A stretch of DNA of 63,335 nucleotides, filler included, from Phoronis australis (Eukaryota; Animalia; Phoronida): NCBI GenBank assembly GCA_002633005.1. It is 6 parts of 6 records of this genome, joined end to end, with 100 filler letters (N's around TTAATTAATTAA, not from the genome) between each part and the next. Parts side by side here need not be neighbours in the genome. Positions count along the whole stretch, not along the records: positions 1 to 29,838 come from NMRA01000549.1; 5 more parts are not named here. One strand, 5' to 3'. Of the stretch, positions 13,514-26,613 are shown piece by piece (within the stretch, counting starts at the first letter, position 1; the number at the start of each line of letters is the position of its first letter). Below the pieces are notes generated by a model, which saw only the letters and a program-made list of their open reading frames with translations, did not search any database and had not been told where the DNA came from. Made by a program: the position numbers and the translations under genes.

Positions 13514-16500
13514 GGTTACGAGCAACACAATTAAAGCGACAAATTCCGGTTAAAGTAGTTGCGGTTTTGACGCACAACGAACCGCGTATAACTGAACATA
13601 AAATTTTAAGTTACATTACGATGTCTAATATCATATAGCAGAATTTTGATTTTTACATTCTTTTACAACTTCATTTCAGAAATCAAACATTTCTTTATAG
13701 TACCTTAAAATGATGTAAGGATATGTGGCGACATCTCAAAACAGAATTTTGTTTTTAACTTTTCTTTAACTGATATCATTTCAGTAATTAATTGGAAGGT
13801 AGCTCTGGCACCAAAAAAGTTGTTACCATCACTGACTTTAGTGTTACGAAGAGTTATAGACATCCACCGTAAGTGCGCGAAAGTGCACCTGGATGAATTA
13901 TCTTTTGTAATGCAGCTCTTCTTTCAGATAAGAAACTCTTTAAACAGTTCTTGGAGACGAGCATATTTGTTATTGATAATGATAACAAGAAAACGGAGAT
14001 AAGCACGGTTTCGTCACTAAGTTTAGTGTTACATTAATTACGTTTCTGGTGCACAACGAATTGCGCATAGTTTAACATTGCATTTTAAGTAACATTATGA
14101 CATTTAAAATCAAATCTTTTATTTTTAATTTCTTTTACCATCGTCATTTCAGTAATTAAATTTATTTGTATAATAGCCTTAAATAGTGTAGATATATTTT
14201 GGCGATATCTTTTCCTGTTGTCATGTACTTTCAATCTTTTGCTACCACCATCTCCAAGGCCATGTTTCACGCCCTATTTGTCCCCGCCCACAACGCCTCG
14301 ACTTGGGAATATGCATTTCTGAAGGAACGTTGAAAATATTGCTCGAGATTGAAAGGGAAACCCAGTTGCTTAGTGATATCCATATAGCAATGAGCACGGT
14401 TCTCCCCATATTCTAGCTTGGATATTCCGTGCTCTCTTGCAGTGTGTTTCCTCAAGATATCTTAATACAAGATGCAGATTATTACAGTATTTTTCATTTC
14501 ATAAGATCATTATCACCAAGTCATTGATTATTCTGGTATTTCTTAAAAAGATTTCATTTTACCTTAATATTTGTATTTGTTCCAATAAAGGAAATATTTG
14601 AAACCATTTTCAAATAGTGCAATGCCTATATAGGTTATATACATTTAAAGTGACGCGTTCCGGTTAAGCTAGTGGCATGTTGTGACGCACAACAAAAACA
14701 TATACTTTGAACACCCATTTTAAGCAACACTAAGACATTAAATATCAACTAGCAGTATCTGTTTTTTAAGTTCCCTCAGCCGGTAACAGAATAAGTTGCC
14801 TAGTTTACAACACACATTTCATTTCAAGTGCCAGACCAGGCTCATTTCTGAGAGACAGAAATTAAAGGCAAGACATAATGAAACAGAAACAGTGTTAGAT
14901 TTCTCAAATGCAAACAGTGCCTGATAGATTAGAAGAGCGAAAGAGTTTTTCTTTAAGATCGTCCAAAGAATGATGTCATAGTCACAAAGTTAAAGAAAGT
15001 CAATCTGATGAGATTAGCCAAATGGCATTTGTGATCCCAATTTCTCAATGTCATAATGCAATACTTATATAGTGTGCATGCAACACCTTTAAAGAGACAA
15101 ATTCCGGTAAAGCTACTTGTGATATCTTCAACATCAAAGAGATGAAGGAAGTTCCATAAATGGATAAAAAGTGCTTGAAAGATAAGAACGAAGGAGTCTC
15201 TCTTTAGGATCGTCCTTTTCGATCATTGGAACGTACACGTCTCGATAAAGACAAAAAGGTCATGATAGGTACAAAAGAAAAAGATGTAACTTGATGAGGA
15301 AAATGCTTCTACCATGCAAGAGCTACATACAAAAATTTTCCACATCACAGCAGATGTAAACAGAAAAATATGGACAGGAATTACAAAGAAACTTTTAAGC
15401 TCAGAGCAGGCTCATGACTAAGAGACAGAAATAAAGGCAAGACATAATGAAACGGAAACAATGTTATGTTTCATAAATACCAAGACAGTGCCGGAAAGAT
15501 TAGAAGAGCAAGATCGTCTAAGGAATGATCAGCTTCCACGACTTGCCAAAGTACGAAAAGTTTTTCAGAGTGAAGCTGCCAAATGGCATTTTTGATCCCA
15601 ATTTCTTGAAGTCAAAGTGCAATTCTTATATAGTGTTCATGCAACACCTTTAAAGCGACAAATTCCGGTAAAGCTAATTGCGAGATCTTACACAAAGAAA
15701 ATGAAGGAGGTTTCGCAAATGGAGAGAAAGCGCCTGAAAGATTAGAAAAACGAAGGAGTCAGTCTTTAGGATCGTCCATGCCGAATATTAGAACGTACAC
15801 GTCTCAAGAAAGACGGAAATTTCATGAAAGGTACAGATGAAAAAGATGATTTTTAAGAAATACCAAATTTTCTACAACATCAATTTCATCATAGTGTGAT
15901 ATGCATTGATAGCTTACATGCAAGACCTTTAAAGTGACACTCACCGGTAAAGGTTAACATGAGATGATCCACATGATAGAAGATGAAGGAGGTTAGGTAA
16001 ATGGATAAAAAGGACATTCTTAGGATCAGAAACAAGGAAATTGATCGCGAACTTTTACGCAAAAAAATAAACGAAAATGTACATTTTCACTTGATAAATT
16101 CATCAATAATGTTCTAAAGACAGCCTTATGGTCATTTATGATAGAAAGAATTTATTATTAACAATTGCTTCAATTACGTTTTACTTCTTGGTCAGACATA
16201 TTTAATTTTGGTAATCAGAACACGATCACAGAGCTGAGCATGATGGCTGTAGCACAAAAGTAGTCATTTACGTCACTGAGTTCAGTGTTATGTTGGAGGT
16301 TATAGACATCTACTTTAAGTGCGTGAAAGCTCACCTGGTCAGCTACCTTGATGTCAGTAGAAATGACATTCGCAGGATGCAAAATAGGGAAACAGCGTCA
16401 CCTGTGGCTATTAACATTCGCTGATAATCTTACATAAGTTGCTTGCAAGGCATTTAAAGTGACATGATCCGGTTCAGCTCGTTACGTTTCTGACGCCCAA

Positions 16501-17817
16501 CCAGCTGTGCACAGTTTAACAAAAACATTTTATGTAACACTACTTTACTGAATATCAAATAGTAAGATTTTGTTTTCAACCTCTCATTTCAATAATTAAT
16601 TTAATGTTAATAGTAGCTTAAGATGGTGTAAGGTTATTTTGGCGTTACTGCGGCAGTTGACATTCGCAGATCAGAAACAAGGATATTGATCACGAACTTT
16701 TACGCAAGAAATAAATGAGAATGTACGTTATTATTTGATAAATTCACCAATAATGTTCTAAAGATAGCCTCATGGTCATTCTAATAGAAAGAATTATCTA
16801 ATAAAAATTGTATCGAATAAGTTTTACTTCTTTGTCAGCCAAGATAAAAAGAAATGTTTTAAAAATTGTGTGATTAAGTTTAGGTATCGTAATAATAGTG
16901 TATGATCCAGTAAGTGAAATATTTGAGACGAATTTCATAAATACAATGCATATTGAAGATGCATGCAAGACATTTAAAGTGACACGTTCCAGCTGAGCCT
17001 GTTGTAAGCAACAAATTCCGGTTACGTTAATTACGTTTCTGATGCACAATGAATCGTGTATAGTATATCATTGCATTTTAAGTAACATTATAACATTTAA
17101 TATCAAATAGCAGAATTTTTATTATTAATTTCTTGTACCATCGTCATCACAGTAATTGATTTTATTTGTATAGTAGCCTTAAATGGTGTAGATAAATTTT
17201 GGCGATATCTTTGGCTGTGGTCATTTGCTCTCTATCTTTTGCCTACCACCAGCTCCAAGGCCATGTTTCACGCTCTACTTGTCCCCACCCACAATGCCTC
17301 GACTTGGGAATATGCATTTCTGAAGGAACGTTGAAAATATTGCTCGAGTATGGAAGGGAAACCCAGTTGCTTAGGATATCCATATAGCAGTGAGCACGGT
17401 TCTCCCCATGTTCTAGCTTGGATATTCCTCGCTATCTTGTAGTGTGTTTCCTCAAGAGATTTTCATAAAAGATGCAGATTATTACAGTATTTTTCATGTC
17501 TTGCGATCATTCTCATCAAGTCATTAATTATTCTGGTATTTCTTAAAAAGGTTTCATTTTAACGTAACATTTGTATTTGGTCCAATAAAAAGAAAATATT
17601 TGAAACCATTTTCTTATAGTACAATGCCTATATAGGTTGTGTACATTTAAAGTGACAAGTTCCGGTTAAGCTAGTGGCATGTTATGACGCAAAACAAGAT
17701 ACATACACTTTGACAACCCATTTTAAGCAACACTAAGACATTAAATATCAACAAACATTATCGTTTTTTTACGTTCCCTCAGCCGGTAACAGAATAAGAG
17801 AACGTAAAAAAACCGAT

Positions 17818-17824
<7 letters not shown>

Positions 17825-17869
<45 letters not shown>
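17825..17869. repeat. (CT)n microsatellite
   Basis: About 22 uninterrupted CT units. Confidence 0.95.
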
Positions 17870-17871
<2 letters not shown>

Positions 17872-20800
17872 CCTTTCCCTCTTTCTTAGTGTTGTGAAAT
17901 TAATGTGTGTGGAGCCGCAGTAGAGTAACTTTACACGTAAATAGCTCAATCGGTGTGAAATGCTCTATGCTCATCGAGTGTTTGGACAACAAGAATGATG
18001 TCATCGTGACAAAATTATGCAAAGTCAATCTGATGAGATTAGCCAAATGGCATTTGTGATCCTAATTTCTCAATGTCATAATGCAATACTTATATAGTGT
18101 GCTTACAACACCTTTAAAGAGACAAATTCCGGTAAAGCTATTTGTGAGATCTTCAACATCAAAGAAATGAAGGAGGTTCTGTAAATGGATAAAAAAAGCT
18201 TGAAAGATAAGAAATACGAAGGAGTCTTTCTTTAGGATCGTCCTTTTCGATCATTGGAACGTACACGTCTCATTAAGACAAAAAGGTCATGATAGGTACA
18301 AAAGAAAAAACATGTAACTTGATAAGGAAAATGCTTTCACCATGCGAGAGCTACATACAAAACTTTTCCATATCACAGCGGAAGTAAACAGAAAAATATG
18401 TAAAGAAATTAGAAAGAAAATTTCAAGCTCAGAGCAGGCTCATGACTAAGAGACAGAAATAAAGGCAAGACATAATGAAATTGAAACAATGTTATGTTTC
18501 ATAAATACAAAGACAGTGACGGAAAGATTAGAAGAGCAAGATCGTCTAAAGAATGATTACTTTCCAAAGTACGAAAAGTTCTAGAGGGTCAAGCTGCCAC
18601 ATGGCATTTGTGATCCCAATTTCTTGAAGTCAAAATGCAATACTTATAGTGTTCATGCAACACCTTTAAAGCGACACATTCCGGTAATGCTACTTGCGGG
18701 ATCTTCCACATCAAACAAAAAGATAAAGCAGGTTTCGAAAACAGAGAAAAATGTTTGAAAGATAGGAAGAACAAAGGAGTCCTTCTTTTGGATCATGTCA
18801 TTCTGCCAGTGATGACAATGCGCACTCTCTCAAGTATAGCTACCTTACGTGCCACAAAGAGCCCACTTGATGTTCCAAGATGGGAAGGAATAGCGTGGGA
18901 AAATAATTCTACCCGTACTGAGATTCAAATATAGCAGTTAATTACAGCCATCAATTCTAATAAAAAGTCTTGTTCAAAATTGATGATTAAATACTTCAAA
19001 TTAACTTTGTTTGATGTAAAAGAAAACGATGACTGATGCGTAATTATCACAAGAGCAAAACCTTCTGTAGACACTTAAGATCAACAATAATGGTCTAAAG
19101 ACAGTCTCATGGTAATTCAAGGTAGAAAGTATTTTTTTTTAAATTTTATCACTTAAGTTTAAGTACCGTAATATGAGTATTTGATCAAGTATGGGAAATA
19201 TTTGAGATCAACTTCATATAATGCAATGCCTATATTGGTTGCATGCAAGACAATTAAAACGACACATTCTGGAATTTGACATTTGTTTGAATACGAGAGT
19301 CACAAGCCAGCCGCCATGGCGAAACAGAAATTGATCTCTGGCAAGATTCAACTGTGAAGACATAAATGCTTCTAAAATATTTATGTCCTATTAGACATGA
19401 TAGTAGGCAAGAGCAACGCAGAGCGTTGAAATGCGCCCACAATTGCACCACATACGGTATCCTTCTAGGGTTGTTTATTGGTACCATAACCTGGCCAGTA
19501 GAGGGCATATATTTTGAATGTTGTACTTTGCAAAATGGAAAAGGCATGTAAGGCTATCTTGGCATCTCCTATGGCTGTTACCATTCGCAGGATCAGAAAC
19601 AAGGAAATTGATCGTGAACTATTAAAAAAAAAGAGAATGTTTCTCTTCACTACATAAATTCAACAGTAATATTCTTAAGACAACCTCATGGTCATTCAAG
19701 GTGAACGTATTTTTTTTAAGAAATTGTATCAAATTTAAGTACAGTTATACGAGTATTTGATCAAGTTAGGGAATTATTTGACACTAATTTCATATAATGC
19801 AATGCCTATAAAGGTACCGTGCAAGATAGTTAAAGCAACAAATTCCGATTAAGCTAGTTACGGTTCTGATGCACAATGAACTGCTAACATTACGACGTTT
19901 AATATCAAATAGCAGACTTTTGTTTTTAACTTTCTTTTACCATTTTCATTTCAGTAATTTATCTAATTTTTATAAAAGCTTTAAATGGTGTAAGATATTT
20001 TAGCGACATCTTTGACTATTGACATTCGCTATCAATCTTTTGCCTTGCTGGTGAGCAAGAGATGAACAAAGACATGAACTTTTGTTAGATTTAATGTCCT
20101 ATTACACATGAAAAAAAACTGGATAAGGAAAATGCTTTCACCATGCAAGAGGTACTTACAAAATTTTCCACACCACAGTAGATGTAGACAGAAAATTATG
20201 GAAAGAAATTATAAAGAAAATTTCTAGCTCAGAGCAAGGCAACACCTTTAAAGCGACACATTACATTGAAGCTACTTGCGACATCTTCAACATCAAAGAA
20301 GATGAAGGTGGTTTCGTAAATGGAGAGAAAGTGACTGAAAAATTTAGACGGTTTCTTTCTTTAGGATCGTCCCTCCCGATCAGAGTATACACGTCTCGAT
20401 TAAGGCGAAAATTTCATGAAAGGTACAAATGAAAAAAATGGTTTTCAAGGAATACCAAAATTTGTACAATATCCCTTTCTTAATACCATTGTGCAATGCA
20501 TATAATGCTTGCGTGCGATCTTTAAAGTGACACTCTCCGGTGAAGATTAACGCGAGAGCTTTCATATCATAGAAAAAGAAGATTTCGTAAATGGAAAGGA
20601 AGTTTTTAAAATCAGGCCTGCTTTGAATCGTCCGGTGTCTAATCTTTAGAGTGAACCATGCCCGATTTGTCGAGCAAGTGACGCATATCTAATAGCTTGT
20701 GCACCTAGTTATTTCCAAGAAAACGCATGAGCTTTTAAATAATCCACAGCTTCAGAAATCAAGAGACTAATGCAGGATACATTTTGCATGATGAATGCTA

Positions 20801-20938
20801 TTTATCAGTGGTCACGCATAATATGAACTTATAGCAATCTTCTTGTCTCTGATTGCAATGTGTGTCGAAATATGATTATGATCACAGGTATACAGAATTC
20901 ATATGTGTTCCAGTAATGGCGACAATGCGCACTCTCAG

Positions 20939-22436
20939 TTTTTTACTTGGCGGAATTTTTCCGCCAAGTATGTTGGTCTGACAGCAAGTTTTTTTTTTTT
21001 TACTTGGCGGAATTCTTCCGCCAAGTATGTTGATCTGACAGCAATTTTTTCTTTACTTGTTTGTTTGTTCGCACTCTACAGGTCTCAATTTTAGTCCGAT
21101 TTTCACAAAATTTTTACACGACGTGTAGATCGGAAAGTCCTAGAAGCCAATTGTTTTTGGTCATGATCGAATACAAAATGGCGGACATGGCGGCCATTTT
21201 GTATCCCATTTCACAGTCAAATGCTCGTAAAGGCCGCATTTTTCGACCTACATAGCTGAAAATCAGTACGAATATACTAAAACGCAGGTGCTACATTTGT
21301 GCAGAAAATCGTTGACTTCCGGTTCAAGATAGCGAAAATAATGGACGTGGCGCATGCACACCCCGAAATATGGCTAAAAACGTTTTCTCCTGTAGACGGC
21401 GCATTTGCAAACCAATCAGTTTCAAACTGGTCACGTGTTTGTTTAGTTCAATAAGCTATTATAAAAAATTATTGAACCGGAAATCACTTTCAAGATGGCG
21501 GCTGTGGGGCATGTTCACACGGTTTCAATCGCTCTGGTGTCGCATTTTTTATGGGAAGAGCAAATGACGTGAATTTTTGCATGTGGATTCCTTGAAGTAT
21601 GGCCTTTCAAAAAGTCTGCGAGAGCCTATTTCTCAGACTTACTGTTATCGAGTTATTTCACTTTGAATTTCAAAAAAATATGGCAAATTTTCAATTTTCT
21701 CGAAAAAGTTTTGGATTTTTGCCAAACTACCACTTGATATAGAGATTTGAACGGGCTTTCAGAAGACGTCTACTTTTTGAATTATTTGAGATTTTCGGAT
21801 TCCGTTGTTCCTTCGGTCACACGCAGCTGGCTGGCTTTCAGCTCACTTTGTTTTGGTTATGCCTAGTTAACCCAGACTGACCCAGCCAGCACTGTGCTAC
21901 TGTAAAAATGCCTCGTCCGTAATGTTGCGCCATATATTGTTCTTTATTGTAGTTGATTGTATGCTCTATCAAAGAACGTAGACGTGTGGACGGGCTTTCA
22001 GACGATATTTTCCATTTTGCGCTACAACGTCTACTTTTGAATTATTCGAGATTTTCGAATGCCGTTGTTCCTTCGGTCAACTATGAAGGACGCAGCTGGC
22101 TGGCTTTCAGCTCACTTTGTTTTGGTTATGCCTAGTTAACCCAGACTGACCCAGCCAGCACTGTCCTACTGCAGACTGGACCGTCATGTTGCGCCATCTA
22201 TTGTTCTTTATTGTAGTTGATTGTATGCTCTCTATTTGATTTCTTGGCTAGTCACATGAATGTTATCGTGTTTGCCAAACTATCACTTTAGATAGAGTTT
22301 TGAACGGGCTTTCATTCTTTATTGTAGTTGATTGTATGCTCTCTATTTGATTTTTTCGCTAGTCACATGAATGATATCGTGTTCGTCGTCTTTTCGATTA
22401 ATTCCGCCAAGTGTCGCTCCTCCGAGCTCTCTTGTT
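20939..22436 (+). mobile_element. non-autonomous Helentron-associated element (HINE/DINE-1-like)
   Basis: 5' T-run + subterminal IR CTTGGCGGAATT with a local inverted copy TTCCGCCAAG, then (GTTT)n and internal direct repeats (~21750-22370). The 3' subTIR AATTCCGCCAAG is followed by the hairpin GCTC-CTCC-GAGC and CTTGTT. Confidence 0.75.
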
Positions 22437-25400
22437 ATTTTATACTATTCTGCTTTTGAAAATCTCTCGGAAATTTTTAACTTATTGAAGATTCCACCAA
22501 TTTTAAAAGAACCTTTTTCAGTGAAAATTTCAAGGTTGAACTTCGAGTAGTCTATATTAGGTGAACTTACCGGCGGAGCTGAATATCGAAATCCAGATTT
22601 GGAAAGTCACGGGTCAGCCGCTATGAAGTCTAATTCAGTGTGATGACTTAACATTATATAACAGAAATCGGAATATTTTTATTCCTAATGCTGGTCTGGC
22701 ATCTATGTCCAGTCCATTTTAAAAAGTTCATAATTTGCGAATGTAGGCACGAAAATGGTGTTTTCGAACTAGGAGCAAGCAGGTGTTTTTCACATTTTTC
22801 ACGGAATAGTTTGGTGAGACGTTATACTGTTGACATGACAGCCAGGCCCAACATAGTGACCATCAGTGTAGTCAAGACGATCACATTGATGTTACTCGGC
22901 CATATTTCCGCTAGTATCTCCAGCGCAGCCGGGAATTATTTAAATCCACGAGTTTTAATATTAAACAAAGACGCAAGTTGGCTTCAAATAGCTTCAGTAG
23001 GCACTTCCGAGCACAGACCCACGCTGAGTTAATCAAGCATTACTAACGGCCTTGAGGTTAATATAGGGCCTTGTCGACATGGCTGTGTAAGTAGAAAATA
23101 TTTTAAATCCATGATTTCAACGTGGTAAATCATCTATTTTTTGAAAGTGGAACGGCTATGAAATTTGATATTTGACTTTATACCGATGTGTTGTTGAACG
23201 GGTCACGTGACGATGTCCTTTGACGAAATATTAAAGGTGCCATATGATGGTCCTTCCCGATTTATCACAGTAGTTTGTCTCAATAATATTTGCTTGATAA
23301 GAGTTATTATGCAAACATTGACGTAACTGAGACGCTGATCGAAAATCTGTAGTGTCGACAACTTGTCCAACCATATTATGTTAGGAGAGTTATTCAACAA
23401 GGCATTTTGAATGTTAAAATCAAGATAAAGAAGTGACACTTAGTTTCTCAGTGTTCTGTAATTGTAAATGGAGTATTTACCAGCAAATGTCTTTAGGTAA
23501 CTTACGTAATAAGAACATAAAAATCAGTCCTATTTCTTAATTTAGCAGTTGCTGGAAGCGTCTCAGAACTTCATCACAAGTTAAGGCTCCATATCACTGG
23601 CTGAAGCATAGAACAGACATTCCGTAGCACGTTTTGCATAAATAGACTTGTGAACGTAAGGTCGAGAATAATAAAGTGATTAACTCGAATCAGTCTTCAG
23701 TCTACCGTAGCACCGAAAGCTATTAACACCGGTCGGAAACAACCTGCCCCCACACATCCAAGGGTTGCATGCGCGCACCCAGGGACATCGAGAGACTACA
23801 ACGAGCTCTCCCATTTGGCGAATAGGGCAAACAGGACCACCACAGAAAAACAAAAGACACCGAAAAAGTAGAAAACGAGACAAAAGTCCACTAAAAACCC
23901 AGGAACAACCAAATTCGGCGAATGCACAATTTGTATCCCTGGCTTGTTCACCGCAGGGACGTCTTAAAGGGATTCCAAACCCGGTTTAAAAACGACTTTC
24001 CTATCCAATTTACTGAAGTAAAGTAATGCTCTCTAACCCTTGACAACACTCAAAAGTTTAAAGGGAAATGTAAAAACGTCCTTTGAAGACTGCTAAGCGG
24101 GCTGGCTTGACCTACGCCAGTTTTCAGCGAATTAAAAGGAAACTGCGGGGAAAGATCACCCACCATGAACCATAATATCCAATCTACGACATAGGGTATA
24201 TAGGTTTTTAGTTGATTCTTTCCTTAACTTCGAAAGTTGACGCCAATGAAAGGCCCATAGCCAGCATTGCGCTTTGGTGGTTCGATTTTCTTCAAAGGTG
24301 GACCTTTGATATTTTGGAAACGTCGACACAGGAGTTTTCGGTTTTGCCCATGAGGCAAAAACAAGGGAAGGGAAATCTGTATGCACGGCAGCGATGGCAC
24401 TTAGCTCTATGTTCCTGAGGTAAGACGGAATTCGTAATCCAGAAATGAGGACGCCGTGACGGTTGCTCGCAAAGAACGGGACTCAAATTCGGATGTAATG
24501 TTGTTCACAAAAGAACGTTTTCACGTTACTTCCTGCCAAACTTTCAACTCAGGCGTGTTTAAATGAGTGGCTACACCTCATTACATACTCGGAAGGAAAT
24601 ATTTAGTCGGAGATTTACTTGACGTAGTTTTCTGAAGTTTCTTACATCGCTGGAAATGGGAACAGCGCACTATTCCCGAAAGCTCACTAATTCGATGGTT
24701 CATTACTCCAAAAATATCTAAAATTTCGGACTCATGAGTAATTGTTAAACTTTTACATGTAAAAATAAACGACGTTTCGGTTATTAGATGCAGCTATACC
24801 GAAAACAACACCCAAGTAATAAATCACTGTTTGGATTTCATGCGCACGCAAAATTGCCCGCATATCTTACGAATACTGAAACATGAGTGCGTACTTGCAT
24901 TTCTAAAAGATAATGAAGTAGGAATATCGATGAATTATCAACCACAATACATTCATCTAGTCGATGTCAAGATCGCATCATTGCACAGCGCGACTTAAAA
25001 GATCAAGGCAATGGCGCTTCAACCTCATCCACCGGGACTACTCGCCGGACGGCTGGGTCGAAACTAAATGTAGTTACTAGGCTACTCTGTCCCTGACAGT
25101 CTTCACGAAAGTCCCATTCAGTCTTCTTAAATTTAAAACCGCCGTTGGTTGCCGCAACATGGACCCGTGCCCCAGATGTTGTCCCTAATTGAGAATGAGT
25201 CTACTTAGACTCAAGAATAACGATTGCCAGTTATTAGAGCTGTTATTGTAACCAATGTAATCAATGTTTTAGGAACCTTCGGAGTTGTGAACCTTCGGAA
25301 AAGGGACATGTAGCCATAGAAATCTTTTCCATCAACATTGTTACTTGAAGCTGCGAACCATTGACACTAAGTAAAGACTAACTTCGTTGATCAAAGTTTT

Positions 25401-26553
25401 AATTAGGTCTAAACTTACTTTTCCTAATAATGTGAACATTCGGGGATTTTTCTGTGCAATGAGAAAACGTGTCTGGTTTCCGAAAAACGACGGAGTAGTG
25501 AATGAACTTACCGTCGGCTTGTACTGAATTTTAAAGAACGCAATTCATGTCAAGCAACCAATCCACAATCAAAGTGGACACCGGATGGACAGAATCTTTG
25601 ACAATCACTTTCAATTCAAAATTAGAAAGTGCCTGCACTTGATCATACTTATATGCTAGAATGTACACCAAAGTAGCTGATAACTCCCCATTTTCTGATG
25701 TTTTGTCTCTTGGTCAATTTTAAGGCATTAACAGCGCACTACTTTTTGGGACTCCCTCGATGCTTGGCTATGTACAGACATTCGCTTCTAGACGCCCTTG
25801 TTACCCTATGGTGTAGCGACCACGCGCGATCAATGCCGATGAATACCATAAAGCTTTCTCTAATCTCCTCACGATCCAGTCTGTACGCACACACCACTCG
25901 GGCCGGGTACGGCCCGACGATTATGATTACTTTGAATAAGAAGCAAATTCAAAATTAACATTAATTTGATTGCGATTGTGGTTAGAAATAGTAGGGATCG
26001 GATAGGCTAGGACTGGACCTTTTACGCGGGGGTCAATCGAACACTGACCCTGACCGCCCCGCGGCTACGGGCCTTAATGAAGCATTAGCTGGTGACGGAA
26101 CAAAATCGACCATCTCGTCACCCGCAACCTAGAACCCTTCGTCATAGATACCCTGGCACATCTATGCAGCAAGGCTCGTACCTGTACAACTGCTCGTGGA
26201 AATGATAAGTAACTTGTGTGCTTGCAAGTACACGAGTACCATGTACTTGATGGATGGCCAACTCCAACAACACTGCAATAAATCAAAGTGGCATAGAACC
26301 AGCGATCAAATGTAAGGCCCTTACCACCACAGCTGTCTATTGCAATAAAGTGTAAATTTTGTACTTCAACAAGTTCACTGTGATCATAAATCCAAGCCGC
26401 TATTTTTTCTTGTGACTGAGTGTGCCATCGGTTGCTCAAAAAATCGTCATTATCTTGTTTTATACCGCATTATCAGCCTGACATGGCCAATAAAACCGTT
26501 AAATAACCCATTTAGTTATTCAACGCGCTGTGAATAACATTTTAGCGGGAAAC

Positions 26554-26613
26554 CAAGGCGGGTTTCGAACCCGCTCCGCAAGAGTTTCGAGTGATCGATT
26601 TAACCAATGAGAC
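26554..26613 (-). mobile_element. degenerate tRNA-derived SINE head
   Basis: On -: TCATTGGTTAAA (A-box-like) ... GCGGGTTCGAAACCCGC (B box in a T-arm hairpin). No full cloverleaf. Confidence 0.35.

Larger units (their letters stand above)
7770..20600. repeat. mosaic macro-repeat array of shuffled ~100-900 bp modules
   Basis: Module ATTGATCGCGAAC...TTCAACAATAATGTTCTAAAGACAGCCTCATGGTCA recurs near 7830, 8360, 9550, 10620, 16040, 16690 and 19610. TTTAAAGTGACAC..TCCGGT.AAGCTA recurs more than ten times. Block ~14040-15780 is repeated at ~17030-18790. Confidence 0.85.
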
